The notes beneath the pieces are model-generated. The model did no database searches, was not told where the DNA came from, and worked only from the letters and a program-made list of their open reading frames with translations. Made by a program: the position numbers and the translations under genes. This document shows, piece by piece, positions 7,955 to 20,584 of a stretch of DNA of 40,744 nucleotides. The stretch's first letter is position 1. Each line of letters starts with the position of its first letter. This DNA is from Clostridia bacterium (lineage in GTDB: Bacteria; Bacillota; Clostridia; Oscillospirales; CAG-382): assembly GCA_017549925.1 (NCBI GenBank), contig JAFYNA010000164.1:1-40744 (forward strand), read 5' to 3'.

Positions 7955-10519
7955 ATGGCACTGTCACCCTTGATGCAACAATACAAAGAAATAAAAGCGC
8001 AATACCCCGATTGTCTTGTGATGATGCGCTTGGGCGACTTCTACGAGTTGTTTTTTGAGGATGCCAAGACGGCCTCCAACGCCCTGGAGCTGGTATTGAC
8101 GGGGAGAGATTGCGGTTTGGAGGAGCGCGCGCCCATGTGCGGTGTGCCCCACCACGCCCTGGATACCTATCTGGCAAAGCTGGTGACCAAGGGCTTCCGC
8201 GTTGCCATTGTGGAGCAGCTGGAGGACCCCGCCACTGCCAAGGGATTGGTGAAGCGAGGGGTCACCCGTGTGGTCACCGCAGGCACGGTGTTTGAATCCA
8301 GTATGCTCAACGAGAAGCGGAACAACTTCCTTTGTGCCGTGTACCCCGCCCCCGACGGATACGGCGTGGTGTTTGCGGATTTTTCCACCGGCGAGGTGTT
8401 TGCCACCGATATTCGGGGGGAGGATGCCAACCGCAAGCTGGCCTCCGAGACGGCGGCCTATTCCCCCTGCGAATTCTTCTTCGTGCCGGGGATGGACGAG
8501 CCCTTCCTGAACGAGCTTTCCTACCGTTATTGCGCCATGCTTACCGAGATGGAGACGGAGGATGCGGCTGCGGACAGAGCAAGGGCGGCGTATATTGCCC
8601 AATACGGCATGATCTCCCCCGAGGCGTCTCCCTACGCCGTTTTGGCCATGGGAAGCTTGATCAACGTACTGCAAAACGGCAGAATGCATTGCGATCTTCG
8701 CCATTTCCGCGCTCCCAACTTCTACGAGACGGAGCGGTATATGGGCATCGACAGCTTCTCCAGACGGAATTTGGAGCTGTGCGAGACCCTGCGGAATAAG
8801 GATACCCGCGGCAGCTTGTTCTGGGCGGTGGACCGTACCCGCACTTCCGCAGGTGCCAGAATGCTTCGCAGCTGGCTGGAAAAGCCCTTGGTAAGCTGTG
8901 TTGCCATCCGTACCCGCCAGGATGCGGTGGAGGCATTGACCACCGAGGCCATTCGCCGGGTCGAACTGCGGGATCTGTTGCAGGAGACGGTGGACATTGA
9001 CCGTTTGGCCACCAAGCTGGTTCACGGCAGAGCCAACGCCAGAGATCTGAAGACCTTGGAACGCACCTTGAGCCTTCTGCCCCGCATTCAAGAGCTGTTG
9101 TTCTTGTATAAAAATAACCGCCTCAGCTCCTTGGCCAAGCGGATCGAGCCCCTGCCCCAGGTGGTGGAGGCCATCTCCAAGACCATTGCGGAGGATCCCG
9201 GGCTGAACGTGAAGGAAGGCGGGATCATCAAGCCCGGCTGTAACGCCGTGGTGGACGAGCTGCGGAGTATGCTGGACGACGGCAAGAGCTGGATCGCCCG
9301 CATGGAAGAAAGCGAGCGGGAACGCACCGGTATCCGCACCTTAAAGATCGGCTACAACCGTGTATTCGGTTATTATATTGAAGTTTCCAAATCCTTTGTG
9401 GACCAGGTTCCCGAGGATTATATCCGTAAGCAGACCCTCACCACCGGGGAGCGTTACCTCACTCCCGAGCTGAAGGAGATGGAGTCTCGGGTGCTTGGCG
9501 CCAAGGACAGAGACTGCGCCTTGGAATACGAGCTGTTCTGCGCCTTGCGGGATTACGTGCTGGAGTTCCTGCCCAGATTGCAGGAAATTGCGGTTTCCTT
9601 GGCGGAAACGGACGTACTTTGTTCCTTCGGGGAGATTTCTGCGGAGGTGGGTTACGTACGCCCCGAGGTGGACGAATCGGATATCATCGACATCAAGGGG
9701 GGCAGACATCCCGTGGTGGAGCAGGTGCTTTCCGATACTTATTTCGTGCCCAACGATTGCTATATGGATCGGGCACAGAGCCGTTTGCTGTTGATTACAG
9801 GCCCCAATATGGCAGGTAAATCTACTTATATGCGTCAGGTGGCGTTGATCGTCCTGCTGGCCCAGGCGGGCTGCTTTGTTCCCGCCGCCTCCGCCCGCAT
9901 CGGCGTGGTGGATCGCATCTTCACCCGTATCGGTGCCTCCGACGACCTTGCCTCCGGCACCTCCACCTTTATGCTGGAGATGACCGAGGTGGCGGAGATC
10001 TTAAAGAATGCTACCTCCCGCAGTCTCATCGTTTACGACGAGATCGGCAGAGGAACCTCCACCTTCGACGGTATGTCCATCGCCAAGGCTGTGGCGGAGC
10101 ATACCTGCAAGAAGATCGGCGCAAAAGCGTTGTTTGCCACCCATTACCATGAGCTGACCGATCTGGAGCAGACCATGCCCGGGGTGATGAATTACCACAT
10201 CGCCGCCAAAAAGAAGGGAAGCGACGTGCTGTTCCTGCGTAAGATCGTGCGGGGAGCGGCAGACGACAGCTACGGTATTGAGGTTGCCGCCTTGGCGGGT
10301 GTTCCTTCTTCCGTAGTGAACCGTGCCAAGCAGGTGCTTGCGGAGCTTTTGGATGCCGGTTTGACCCTGCCCAAGCCCAAAGAAGAGGACGACGGGCTGA
10401 TCTCCTTCGGGGATCTTTCCGCCCAGACCGTGGCAGATAAGCTGAGAGCCACCGATCTGAATATGCTTTCCCCCTACGAGGCAATGACCTTGTTGTTTGA
10501 GTTAAAGAAGTTGTTGTAA
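7955..10519 (+). CDS. mutS: DNA mismatch repair protein MutS
   Basis: N-terminus SPLMQQYKEIKAQYPDCLVMMRLGDFYELFFEDA, Walker A GPNMAGKST, and STFMLEM plus DEIGRGTST motifs. Confidence 0.97.
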   Translation: MALSPLMQQYKEIKAQYPDCLVMMRLGDFYELFFEDAKTASNALELVLTGRDCGLEERAPMCGVPHHALDTYLAKLVTKGFRVAIVEQLEDPATAKGLVKRGVTRVVTAGTVFESSMLNEKRNNFLCAVYPAPDGYGVVFADFSTGEVFATDIRGEDANRKLASETAAYSPCEFFFVPGMDEPFLNELSYRYCAMLTEMETEDAAADRARAAYIAQYGMISPEASPYAVLAMGSLINVLQNGRMHCDLRHFRAPNFYETERYMGIDSFSRRNLELCETLRNKDTRGSLFWAVDRTRTSAGARMLRSWLEKPLVSCVAIRTRQDAVEALTTEAIRRVELRDLLQETVDIDRLATKLVHGRANARDLKTLERTLSLLPRIQELLFLYKNNRLSSLAKRIEPLPQVVEAISKTIAEDPGLNVKEGGIIKPGCNAVVDELRSMLDDGKSWIARMEESERERTGIRTLKIGYNRVFGYYIEVSKSFVDQVPEDYIRKQTLTTGERYLTPELKEMESRVLGAKDRDCALEYELFCALRDYVLEFLPRLQEIAVSLAETDVLCSFGEISAEVGYVRPEVDESDIIDIKGGRHPVVEQVLSDTYFVPNDCYMDRAQSRLLLITGPNMAGKSTYMRQVALIVLLAQAGCFVPAASARIGVVDRIFTRIGASDDLASGTSTFMLEMTEVAEILKNATSRSLIVYDEIGRGTSTFDGMSIAKAVAEHTCKKIGAKALFATHYHELTDLEQTMPGVMNYHIAAKKKGSDVLFLRKIVRGAADDSYGIEVAALAGVPSSVVNRAKQVLAELLDAGLTLPKPKEEDDGLISFGDLSAQTVADKLRATDLNMLSPYEAMTLLFELKKLL

Positions 10520-10559
10520 AAGAAGTTGTTGTAAAAGGCAACATACACGGAGGATCCCA

Positions 10560-14268
<3,709 letters not shown>

Positions 14269-14286
14269 TGCAGGAGGATCTTTCCT

Positions 14287-15780
14287 ATGCCCAGAGTACT
14301 TGCAGATTTGTACCCCGAAAAGGTATTTTACTATTTTGAGCAGATCTCTGCCATTCCCCGCGGCTCGGGGAACGTGAAGAAGATTGCAGATTATCTTTGC
14401 TTTTTTGCAAAGGTGCGCCAGCTGGAGTGGGAGCGGGATGAAGCCGACAACGTGATCATCCGCAAGCCCGCCACCCCCGGCTATGAGGACGCCGCTACGG
14501 TGATCCTGCAGGGGCATACGGATATGGTATGCGCCAAAACCGAGGAAAGCACCCATGATTTCTTGAAGGATCCCCTGGACCTGCGAGTGGAGGACGGCTG
14601 GCTTTCCGCAAACGGCACCACCCTGGGTGGTGACAACGGCATCGCCGTGGCCTACGGATTGGCAATTCTTGCCTCCGAGGATCTTCAGCATCCCCCTCTG
14701 GAGGTGGTGTTCACCTCCGACGAGGAGATCGGTCTTTTGGGCGCCAAGGCGCTGGATATGAGCCGTCTGAAGGGTAAATATCTGTTGAACTTGGACTCCG
14801 AGAGTGAGGGTATCCTCACCGTCTCCTGCGCAGGAGGTTCTATGACCACCGTCACCCTGCCCTTTACCCGTTCCCATGAGGAGGGTAAGGTGTACAAGGT
14901 GACCTTCTCCGGTCTTTTGGGCGGACATTCCGGCGCGGAGATCCACAAGGGTCGCGCCAACGCCGCAGTGCTTTTTGGGGAGTTCTTGGAGAAATGCGGC
15001 GGCAAGGTGATCTCTGCCAAGGGCGGATGCGCCGATAACGCCATTATGTCCTCTCTTACCGCAGAGGTTTTGGGAGAGGATCTTCCCGCAGTGGCGGAGG
15101 CTTGTACCAAGGCCTTCCGCGACAGATATCCCGAGGAAAGCATCACCGTGGAGGCGGTGCTGACGGGCGAGGACGGCGGAGACGTGGTTTCTGCCGATCT
15201 GGGGAACTATCTGAGAAAAGCGCCCTACGGCGTGCAGGCCATGAGCGCCGAGATAGAGGGACTGGTACAGACTTCCCTTAACGTGGGCATTCTGGAAACC
15301 GAGGAGAATTGCTTCACCGCCATTTATTCCGTGCGAAGCTCTGTGGAGGCGGAGAAAAACGCCCTCAACGCAAAGGTTGCGGAGATTGCGGCGGCTTGCG
15401 GCGGCTCTGCGGTGACAGAAGGGGAATATCCCGCTTGGGAATACCGCAAGAAATCTCCCCTCAGAGATCTGATGGTGGAGGTCTACGAGAAATCCTTCGG
15501 TAAGAAGATGCAGGTGGAAGCCATCCACGCAGGGCTGGAATGCGGTCTGTTTGCAGGGGGCATCCCCGATCTGGACGCGGTTTCCTTCGGCCCTGACATG
15601 GCGGATATCCATACTCCCGCAGAAAAGCTGTCCTTAGACTCCGTAGCGAACACCTGGAAGTATCTGCTGTCTGCCTTGGAGGCCATGCAGGATCTGCCCG
15701 AGCCCGAGGAGGAAGCCGAGGAAGAGGCAGAGCAACCCAAGAAGAAAGGATTTCTTGGCTTATGGAATCGTCGGAAATGA
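14287..15780 (+). CDS. pepD: aminoacyl-histidine (Xaa-His) dipeptidase, M20 family
   Basis: FEQISAIPRGSGN, LQGHTDMV and SDEEIGLLGA are PepD signatures. The extra C-terminal tail is charged (PEPEEEAEEEAEQPKKKG...). Confidence 0.88.
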   Translation: MPRVLADLYPEKVFYYFEQISAIPRGSGNVKKIADYLCFFAKVRQLEWERDEADNVIIRKPATPGYEDAATVILQGHTDMVCAKTEESTHDFLKDPLDLRVEDGWLSANGTTLGGDNGIAVAYGLAILASEDLQHPPLEVVFTSDEEIGLLGAKALDMSRLKGKYLLNLDSESEGILTVSCAGGSMTTVTLPFTRSHEEGKVYKVTFSGLLGGHSGAEIHKGRANAAVLFGEFLEKCGGKVISAKGGCADNAIMSSLTAEVLGEDLPAVAEACTKAFRDRYPEESITVEAVLTGEDGGDVVSADLGNYLRKAPYGVQAMSAEIEGLVQTSLNVGILETEENCFTAIYSVRSSVEAEKNALNAKVAEIAAACGGSAVTEGEYPAWEYRKKSPLRDLMVEVYEKSFGKKMQVEAIHAGLECGLFAGGIPDLDAVSFGPDMADIHTPAEKLSLDSVANTWKYLLSALEAMQDLPEPEEEAEEEAEQPKKKGFLGLWNRRK

Positions 15781-16631
15781 CGGGCACTCTGTTCATCGTG
15801 GGCACGCCCATCGGGAATTTGGGGGACATGAGCCCCCGCGCCGTAGAGACTCTGCGCGAGGTGGATCTCATTGCGGCGGAGGATACCCGTACCGCGGCCA
15901 TGCTGTTGGAAAAATTCGGCATCACCGGGGCGAAGATACTGCCCAACCATAAATTCAACGAGGGGAACGCGGCATACGGCTTCGTGCAGGATCTGTTGCA
16001 GGGCAAGAGCATTGCCTTGGTGACGGATGCGGGAATGCCCTGCGTTTCCGACCCGGGATACCTTTTGGTGGAGGCGGCTGTGGCGGCGGGAGTCCCCGTA
16101 ACCGCAGTGCCCGGCCCTTGCGCGGCGGTGACTGCCGTGGCGGTTTCCGGCTTTAACGCGCTGTCCTTTGCCTTTTACGGCTTTTTGCCTAGATCGGCGG
16201 GGGATATCCGCAAGGTTCTGCGGCGGGTGGAGAAGGAATATTCCCCCCTTTCCGTGTTTTACGAGTCTCCCAACCGCATCACCGATACGGTGGAGCTGGT
16301 GGAGGAGGTTCTGCCGGACTTTCGGGTCTGTGTTTGCAACGATTTAACAAAGAAATTTGAGCGCATCTATCGGGGAACGCCCGAACAGGTGCTGGAACAA
16401 CTGAAAAGCAATCCCAACGCTTCCAAGGGGGAGTACGTTCTGCTGCTGGAACGGAGCAAGACGGAACAGAAAGAGGAGACGGCCAAGCTGTCTCCCGAGG
16501 CCCTTTTGGTGGATCGCATGGTGAAGGACGGCGTTTCTGCCAAGGAGGCGGTGGCGTTGTTGACGGCGGAGAAGGTGCTTCCCAAGCGGGAGCTTTACGA
16601 CGCCGCTTTGCGATTGAGAGAACTGCTTTGA
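15762..16631 (+). CDS. rsmI: 16S rRNA (cytidine1402-2'-O)-methyltransferase
   Basis: GTLFIVGTPIGNLGDMSPRA and DAGMPCVSDPG motifs. An alternative start at 15777 forms an ATGA overlap with the pepD stop. Confidence 0.9.
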   Translation: MESSEMTGTLFIVGTPIGNLGDMSPRAVETLREVDLIAAEDTRTAAMLLEKFGITGAKILPNHKFNEGNAAYGFVQDLLQGKSIALVTDAGMPCVSDPGYLLVEAAVAAGVPVTAVPGPCAAVTAVAVSGFNALSFAFYGFLPRSAGDIRKVLRRVEKEYSPLSVFYESPNRITDTVELVEEVLPDFRVCVCNDLTKKFERIYRGTPEQVLEQLKSNPNASKGEYVLLLERSKTEQKEETAKLSPEALLVDRMVKDGVSAKEAVALLTAEKVLPKRELYDAALRLRELL

Positions 16632-16649
16632 TAACGGAGGAAAATTTTT

Positions 16650-17687
16650 ATGGAAAAGATCATTCGTGCTTTTCTGCCCGGCGGAAAGGTGGAGACCCTT
16701 GCCCCCTTGGGGGAAGGGATCATTAACACCACCTTCTCTGTGGAGGATGCTGACGGCAAGCGTTACGTGATCCAGAAGGTGAACACCAACGTGTTCCCCG
16801 ATCCCTATTCCGTGATGGAAAATACCGCTTGCGTCACCGATTGGATGCGCAATCGCTTGGCGGAGGAGGGAAAATGCTCCGAGAGATGCGTTCCCGCCTT
16901 CCTGCAGACCGAGGAGGGGGACTATCTGTACCGCACGCCCGAGGGAGCGTTCTGGCGTTGCAGTAAGCTTATTGAGGGGGCGACTGCCCACGTGCACGTT
17001 ACCGATCCTCAGTTGCTTTACAACGCGGGCAAGGGCTACGGCGAGTTCGTTCGTCTTACCGACGGCTATCCCGCAGGGTCTCTTGCCGAGGTGCTTCCCG
17101 ATTTCCACAACACCAAAAAGCGTTTTGCCGCATTCATGGAAGCGGTGGAAAAGGACGTGGCAGGCAGAGCCCACGAGGTGGTTTGGGAGATCAATTTCTT
17201 AAAAGAGCGGGAGGAGCTGGCAGGCAGCATCGTTGCCATGCTGGAGTCCGGAGAGCTTCCCCTGCGCGTTACCCATAACGATACCAAGCTTTCCAACGTT
17301 TTGCTGGACGACGAGACGGGCGAGGCTGTCTGTGTCATCGATCTGGATACGGTAATGCCCGGTACGGTGCTTTATGACTTCGGCGATGCCATCCGCAGCG
17401 GCGCGGCATCCGCGGCAGAGGACGAGCCCAAGCTGGACAGAATGAACTTTGTGCCCGAGAACTGCAAGGCCTTCAAGGAAGGCTTCCTGGAAGCCTGCGG
17501 AGATATCCTTCTGGATATCGAGAAGGACAATCTGATGCTGGGCGCAAGGGTGATCGTTTACGAGCAGGCCATGCGTTTCTTGACGGATTACCTCAACGGA
17601 GATACCTACTACAAGACCCTGTTCCCGGGGCATAATCTGGTACGTGCCAGAACCCAGATCCGTCTGTTCACCCAAATTCCCGAATAA
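16650..17687 (+). CDS. nahK: APH-fold sugar kinase resembling N-acetylhexosamine 1-kinase
   Basis: GEGIINTTF, YVIQKVNTNVFPDP, LRVTHNDTKLSNVLLD, VIDLDTVMPGTVLYDFGDAIRSGA and GHNLVRARTQIRL line up with my recollection of Bifidobacterium NahK/LnpB. Confidence 0.7.
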   Translation: MEKIIRAFLPGGKVETLAPLGEGIINTTFSVEDADGKRYVIQKVNTNVFPDPYSVMENTACVTDWMRNRLAEEGKCSERCVPAFLQTEEGDYLYRTPEGAFWRCSKLIEGATAHVHVTDPQLLYNAGKGYGEFVRLTDGYPAGSLAEVLPDFHNTKKRFAAFMEAVEKDVAGRAHEVVWEINFLKEREELAGSIVAMLESGELPLRVTHNDTKLSNVLLDDETGEAVCVIDLDTVMPGTVLYDFGDAIRSGAASAAEDEPKLDRMNFVPENCKAFKEGFLEACGDILLDIEKDNLMLGARVIVYEQAMRFLTDYLNGDTYYKTLFPGHNLVRARTQIRLFTQIPE

Positions 17688-17698
17688 GGGAGGACCTT

Positions 17699-18496
17699 AT
17701 GAAGTACATCACCACCGAACTTCTCGGCAGACCCTTCCGCGGATACATTCCCGACGGAACGGAGCGTGCCTTCTATAAGGGCAAGCGCCCTGCGGTGATC
17801 ATTTTCCCCGGCGGCGGGTATTACTTCACCTACGAGGGTGAGGCGGAGCCCATCGCTTTGCGGTTTGCCGCTCAGGGAATCTGCGCCTTCGTGCTGGATT
17901 ACACCTGCACGGACACGGCGGCATCCGCTTATCCCCACGCATTGGAGCAGGCTTTTGCATCCATTGCTTACGTTCGCTCCCACGCTGAGGAATGGGGGAT
18001 CGACCCTGCCAATATTGCCACCTGCGGTTTTTCTGCGGGAGGGCATCTCTGCGCCTGCACCGGCGTTTTGTGGAACAAGGGAGAGGGCTTCTTTGCGGGA
18101 GACCCCGCCTTCCACCGCCCGGATAAGCTGATCCTCTGCTACCCCGTGATGCGGGGAGGGGAGAACGGCAACCACGGCAGTCTGCAGAACCTTTACGGCG
18201 ACAAGGAGGTTCCCGCAGAGTTCTTACAGCGGTTTGACCTGCCGCCTCGGGTGGACGAGGGAACACCTCCCGCCTTCCTTTGGGCAACGGCGGCCGACGG
18301 TGCTGTTCCCGCAAGCTGTTCCTTGGATTTTGCCTCCGCTTTGGCAAAACAGGGAACGCCCTACGAGCTTCACATCTGGCGTGACGGCGACCACGGGCTT
18401 TGCCTGGGGGATCACGTTACCCAAGCCATGCCCTACGGCAACCCCTTGCCCGTAGCGGAATGGATCCAACTTGCAACAAAATTTATTTACACATAA
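17699..18496 (+). CDS. alpha/beta hydrolase (acetyl-esterase-like)
   Basis: An oxyanion-type PGGGY motif, a nucleophile elbow GFSAGGH, and a C-terminal DGDHG region. Confidence 0.75.
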   Translation: MKYITTELLGRPFRGYIPDGTERAFYKGKRPAVIIFPGGGYYFTYEGEAEPIALRFAAQGICAFVLDYTCTDTAASAYPHALEQAFASIAYVRSHAEEWGIDPANIATCGFSAGGHLCACTGVLWNKGEGFFAGDPAFHRPDKLILCYPVMRGGENGNHGSLQNLYGDKEVPAEFLQRFDLPPRVDEGTPPAFLWATAADGAVPASCSLDFASALAKQGTPYELHIWRDGDHGLCLGDHVTQAMPYGNPLPVAEWIQLATKFIYT

Positions 18497-18512
18497 AGAA
18501 AGGGCTTACATC

Positions 18513-19337
18513 ATGGCAAAAATCGGCGCACTTCTGGGATATGGCACCCAGACCGACATCGACAAAGAGTTTTCTAAATTTCAAGAGCTTGGCTTGAACT
18601 GCTGTCAGCTTTCCGTTTGGGACGTGGAGAATATGTTCACCCCCGAGAAGGCTGATGAGGCTAAGGCCGCTTCCGCTAAGTACGGCATCGAGATCACCGC
18701 GCTGTGGGCAGGCTGGACCGGTCCTGCCGCTTGGAACTTCACCCAGGGCCCCGATACCTTGGGCATCGTTCCCGCAGAATACCGCGAGATGCGTGTTCAG
18801 CAGCTCATCAAGGCCGCAGACTTTGCGGAATGGTTGGGCGTTACCGACATCATCACCCACGCAGGCTTCCTTCCCGAGTCTCCCTGCGACCCCAACTTTG
18901 GACCCGTAGCTGACGCTATCAAGGAGATCGCAGAGGCTTATAAGGCAAAGGGCAAGTGGTTCCTCTTCGAGACTGGCCAGGAGACCCCCGTTGCCATGCT
19001 CCGTTATATCGAGACGGTAGGCACCGGCAACCTGGGCATCAACTTCGACACCGCAAACCTGATCCTCTACGGCAAGGCAAACAGCGTGGACGCGCTGGAG
19101 GTGTTCGGCAAGTACGTGCGTAACACCCACTTCAAGGACGGTTTGTACCCCACCTGCGGCAACGAGCTGGGCATTGAGGTAGCTCTCGGCGACGGTAAGG
19201 CAAACGTTCCCGGCATTATCGCCAAGCTGAAGGAGCTGAACTATCAGGGCGCATACGTCATCGAGCGTGAGATTTCCGGCGACCAGCAGATCGCAGACAT
19301 CAACAAGGCGAAGGCATTGATCGAATCTTGTCTGTAA
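18513..19337 (+). CDS. sugar phosphate isomerase/epimerase (xylose-isomerase-like TIM barrel)
   Basis: ORF 18471..19337; I prefer the ATG at 18513 (MAKIGALLGY), which avoids overlap with the esterase gene. ITHAGF, LFETGQE and NFDTANL are motifs of this fold. Confidence 0.75.
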   Translation: MAKIGALLGYGTQTDIDKEFSKFQELGLNCCQLSVWDVENMFTPEKADEAKAASAKYGIEITALWAGWTGPAAWNFTQGPDTLGIVPAEYREMRVQQLIKAADFAEWLGVTDIITHAGFLPESPCDPNFGPVADAIKEIAEAYKAKGKWFLFETGQETPVAMLRYIETVGTGNLGINFDTANLILYGKANSVDALEVFGKYVRNTHFKDGLYPTCGNELGIEVALGDGKANVPGIIAKLKELNYQGAYVIEREISGDQQIADINKAKALIESCL

Positions 19338-19363
19338 AAAATCAGCCGTCTTTAGGCTGATTT
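19338..19363 (+). terminator. candidate terminator for the housekeeping block
   Basis: AAATCAGCC / GGCTGATTT stem with a 7-nt loop, located directly after the stop codon. The T-run is short. Confidence 0.5.
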
Positions 19364-19428
19364 AAGGATACTGTGTATACTTAAAATCAAGAGAGCCAAA
19401 CAGTTCTCACCCGAGCCCATGCCCGATA

Positions 19429-19505
19429 GAGATTTTCTCCCCCTTTTTTCTCTGTCGGCGCTAAGCTCTCCCCCAAAACAAAAAAAGACCCTCGGGTCTT
19501 TTTTT
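19429..19505. repeat. copy 1 of a bipartite ~78-nt direct repeat that includes a bidirectional terminator hairpin
   Basis: Block a is GAGATTTTCTCCCCCTTTTTTCTC. Block b is CCCCAAAAC-A7-GACCCTCGGGTC-T7. Both recur at 23176-23253 with only homopolymer-length differences, while the roughly 20-nt middle segment has diverged. Confidence 0.6.
19480..19505 (-). terminator. intrinsic (bidirectional) terminator after the SGNH-like gene
   Basis: A7-GACC CTCG GGTC-T7, located 13 nt downstream of the stop at 19518. Confidence 0.7.
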
Positions 19506-19517
19506 GGTTTCCTTGTA

Positions 19518-20105
19518 TCAACCCTCGTAGCAAAAGAGGATCCTGACAAGATCATAGATGGAGCGAGGAATATGTAAGGCGCTGTCAAAGCCAAGGTCGT
19601 GGAGGAAAGAGGCGGTTTTGCTGCTTTCCATGGGGTTCCACGTCCGTTTTTCCGCAATATCCTGGAATTCACAGTTTTCGGCGGCGGCAAGTTCTTTGAG
19701 CAGCTCGTTGATCCTTGTTACGGCAGAATCGTTCTCATAATTCTTCAGAGATACGATGACAATGCGGCAGCCTTTGTTTTTGTCTTTGATGGTATCGATC
19801 ATCCTGCGGAAGCTTGTCCCAAAGGCTGTTTCCTTGCCCGCAAAGCCGATAACGTCCGCCTCTCCGACGTGTACCAAAACGGTGTCGGGGCAAAGCTCTG
19901 CAACGCAATCGCCGTAAAGCCTTGCCGCATCGGCTGCCGAAAGCTCCGGAAAACTGCGGTTGTAGATGCGCTCATTGAGGGCAAATGCCTGCTTCAATTC
20001 TCCGAGGGGAATCTCCACGTCGCTGCTTCCTCCGAAAATAACCGTTCCCCATGCCTCCGCAAGCTGATTGAGAAGGTTGTATTTTGCGATTCTTTCTTCT
20101 GACAT
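19518..20105 (-). CDS. SGNH/GDSL-like hydrolase family protein (atypical block I)
   Basis: AAAGGAGGAAG lies upstream of the ATG. VIFGGSSD replaces GDS, VLVHVGEADV is a block III-like GxxD, and the size is about 195 aa. The gene starts 14 nt after the stop of the upstream small membrane gene, which implies an operon. Confidence 0.5.
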   Translation of the reverse strand: MSEERIAKYNLLNQLAEAWGTVIFGGSSDVEIPLGELKQAFALNERIYNRSFPELSAADAARLYGDCVAELCPDTVLVHVGEADVIGFAGKETAFGTSFRRMIDTIKDKNKGCRIVIVSLKNYENDSAVTRINELLKELAAAENCEFQDIAEKRTWNPMESSKTASFLHDLGFDSALHIPRSIYDLVRILFCYEG

Positions 20106-20119
20106 TGTTGCTTCCTCCT

Positions 20120-20404
20120 TTAATTCTTAGCGGCTTTTTTGTCAAGCGCCGCGTTTCGGAAATAAACGGCAAGGTTGACGGAAACGATTGCCAGGTTCAG
20201 CAGATACGCAATCAATACGTAGTTAAGATTCCCGTGGGCAAGCTTTGCGGAAATGCCGGCGATATACCCCGTGATGATGAGAAGAATAAAGGGAAGGCTT
20301 GTGCCTTTTGCGGTTCTTGCCCTATAGGCCTTGATAAGGTTCAGCGGCCAAGAAAAGCCGAAGCATACAAGCATAATGGTTTCGAGGATCGGCGCAAGTT
20401 CCAT
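20120..20404 (-). CDS. small 3-TM membrane protein, PQ-loop/SemiSWEET-like
   Basis: 94 aa with three hydrophobic helices. FSWPLNLIKAYRARTAKGTS matches the PQ-loop pattern (P-x...K...G-x-S) after TM1. AAAGGAG RBS. Confidence 0.45.
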   Translation of the reverse strand: MELAPILETIMLVCFGFSWPLNLIKAYRARTAKGTSLPFILLIITGYIAGISAKLAHGNLNYVLIAYLLNLAIVSVNLAVYFRNAALDKKAAKN

Positions 20405-20437
20405 AGAAAAATCTCCTTTGCGATGTTTTGTGCGCTC

Positions 20438-20466
20438 AGCATATCACGATGGATAAAACAAAGCAA
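20438..20466 (-). promoter_or_regulatory. candidate promoter for the SemiSWEET-like/SGNH operon
   Basis: On the minus strand: TTGCTT (20466-20461), 17-nt spacer, TG-n-TATGCT (-10 at 20443-20438). Confidence 0.4.
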
Positions 20467-20584
20467 TTTTAACAAAATAAGCAACAAATCTTTTGTAAGA
20501 TTTTCGTTTATTTTACTTTCAAAAGCTGTTTGGAAAAGTTAAAATATGATAAAATACAGAAAGATCAAACGGGAGGCGGTATGG

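Noticed and set aside
19352-19690. A 112-aa minus-strand ORF that spans the 19.35-19.5 kb intergenic region.
   Set aside because: It overlaps the 3' end of the SGNH-like gene in another frame and reads through the terminator hairpin and poly-A/T tracts. No RBS is suitably spaced.
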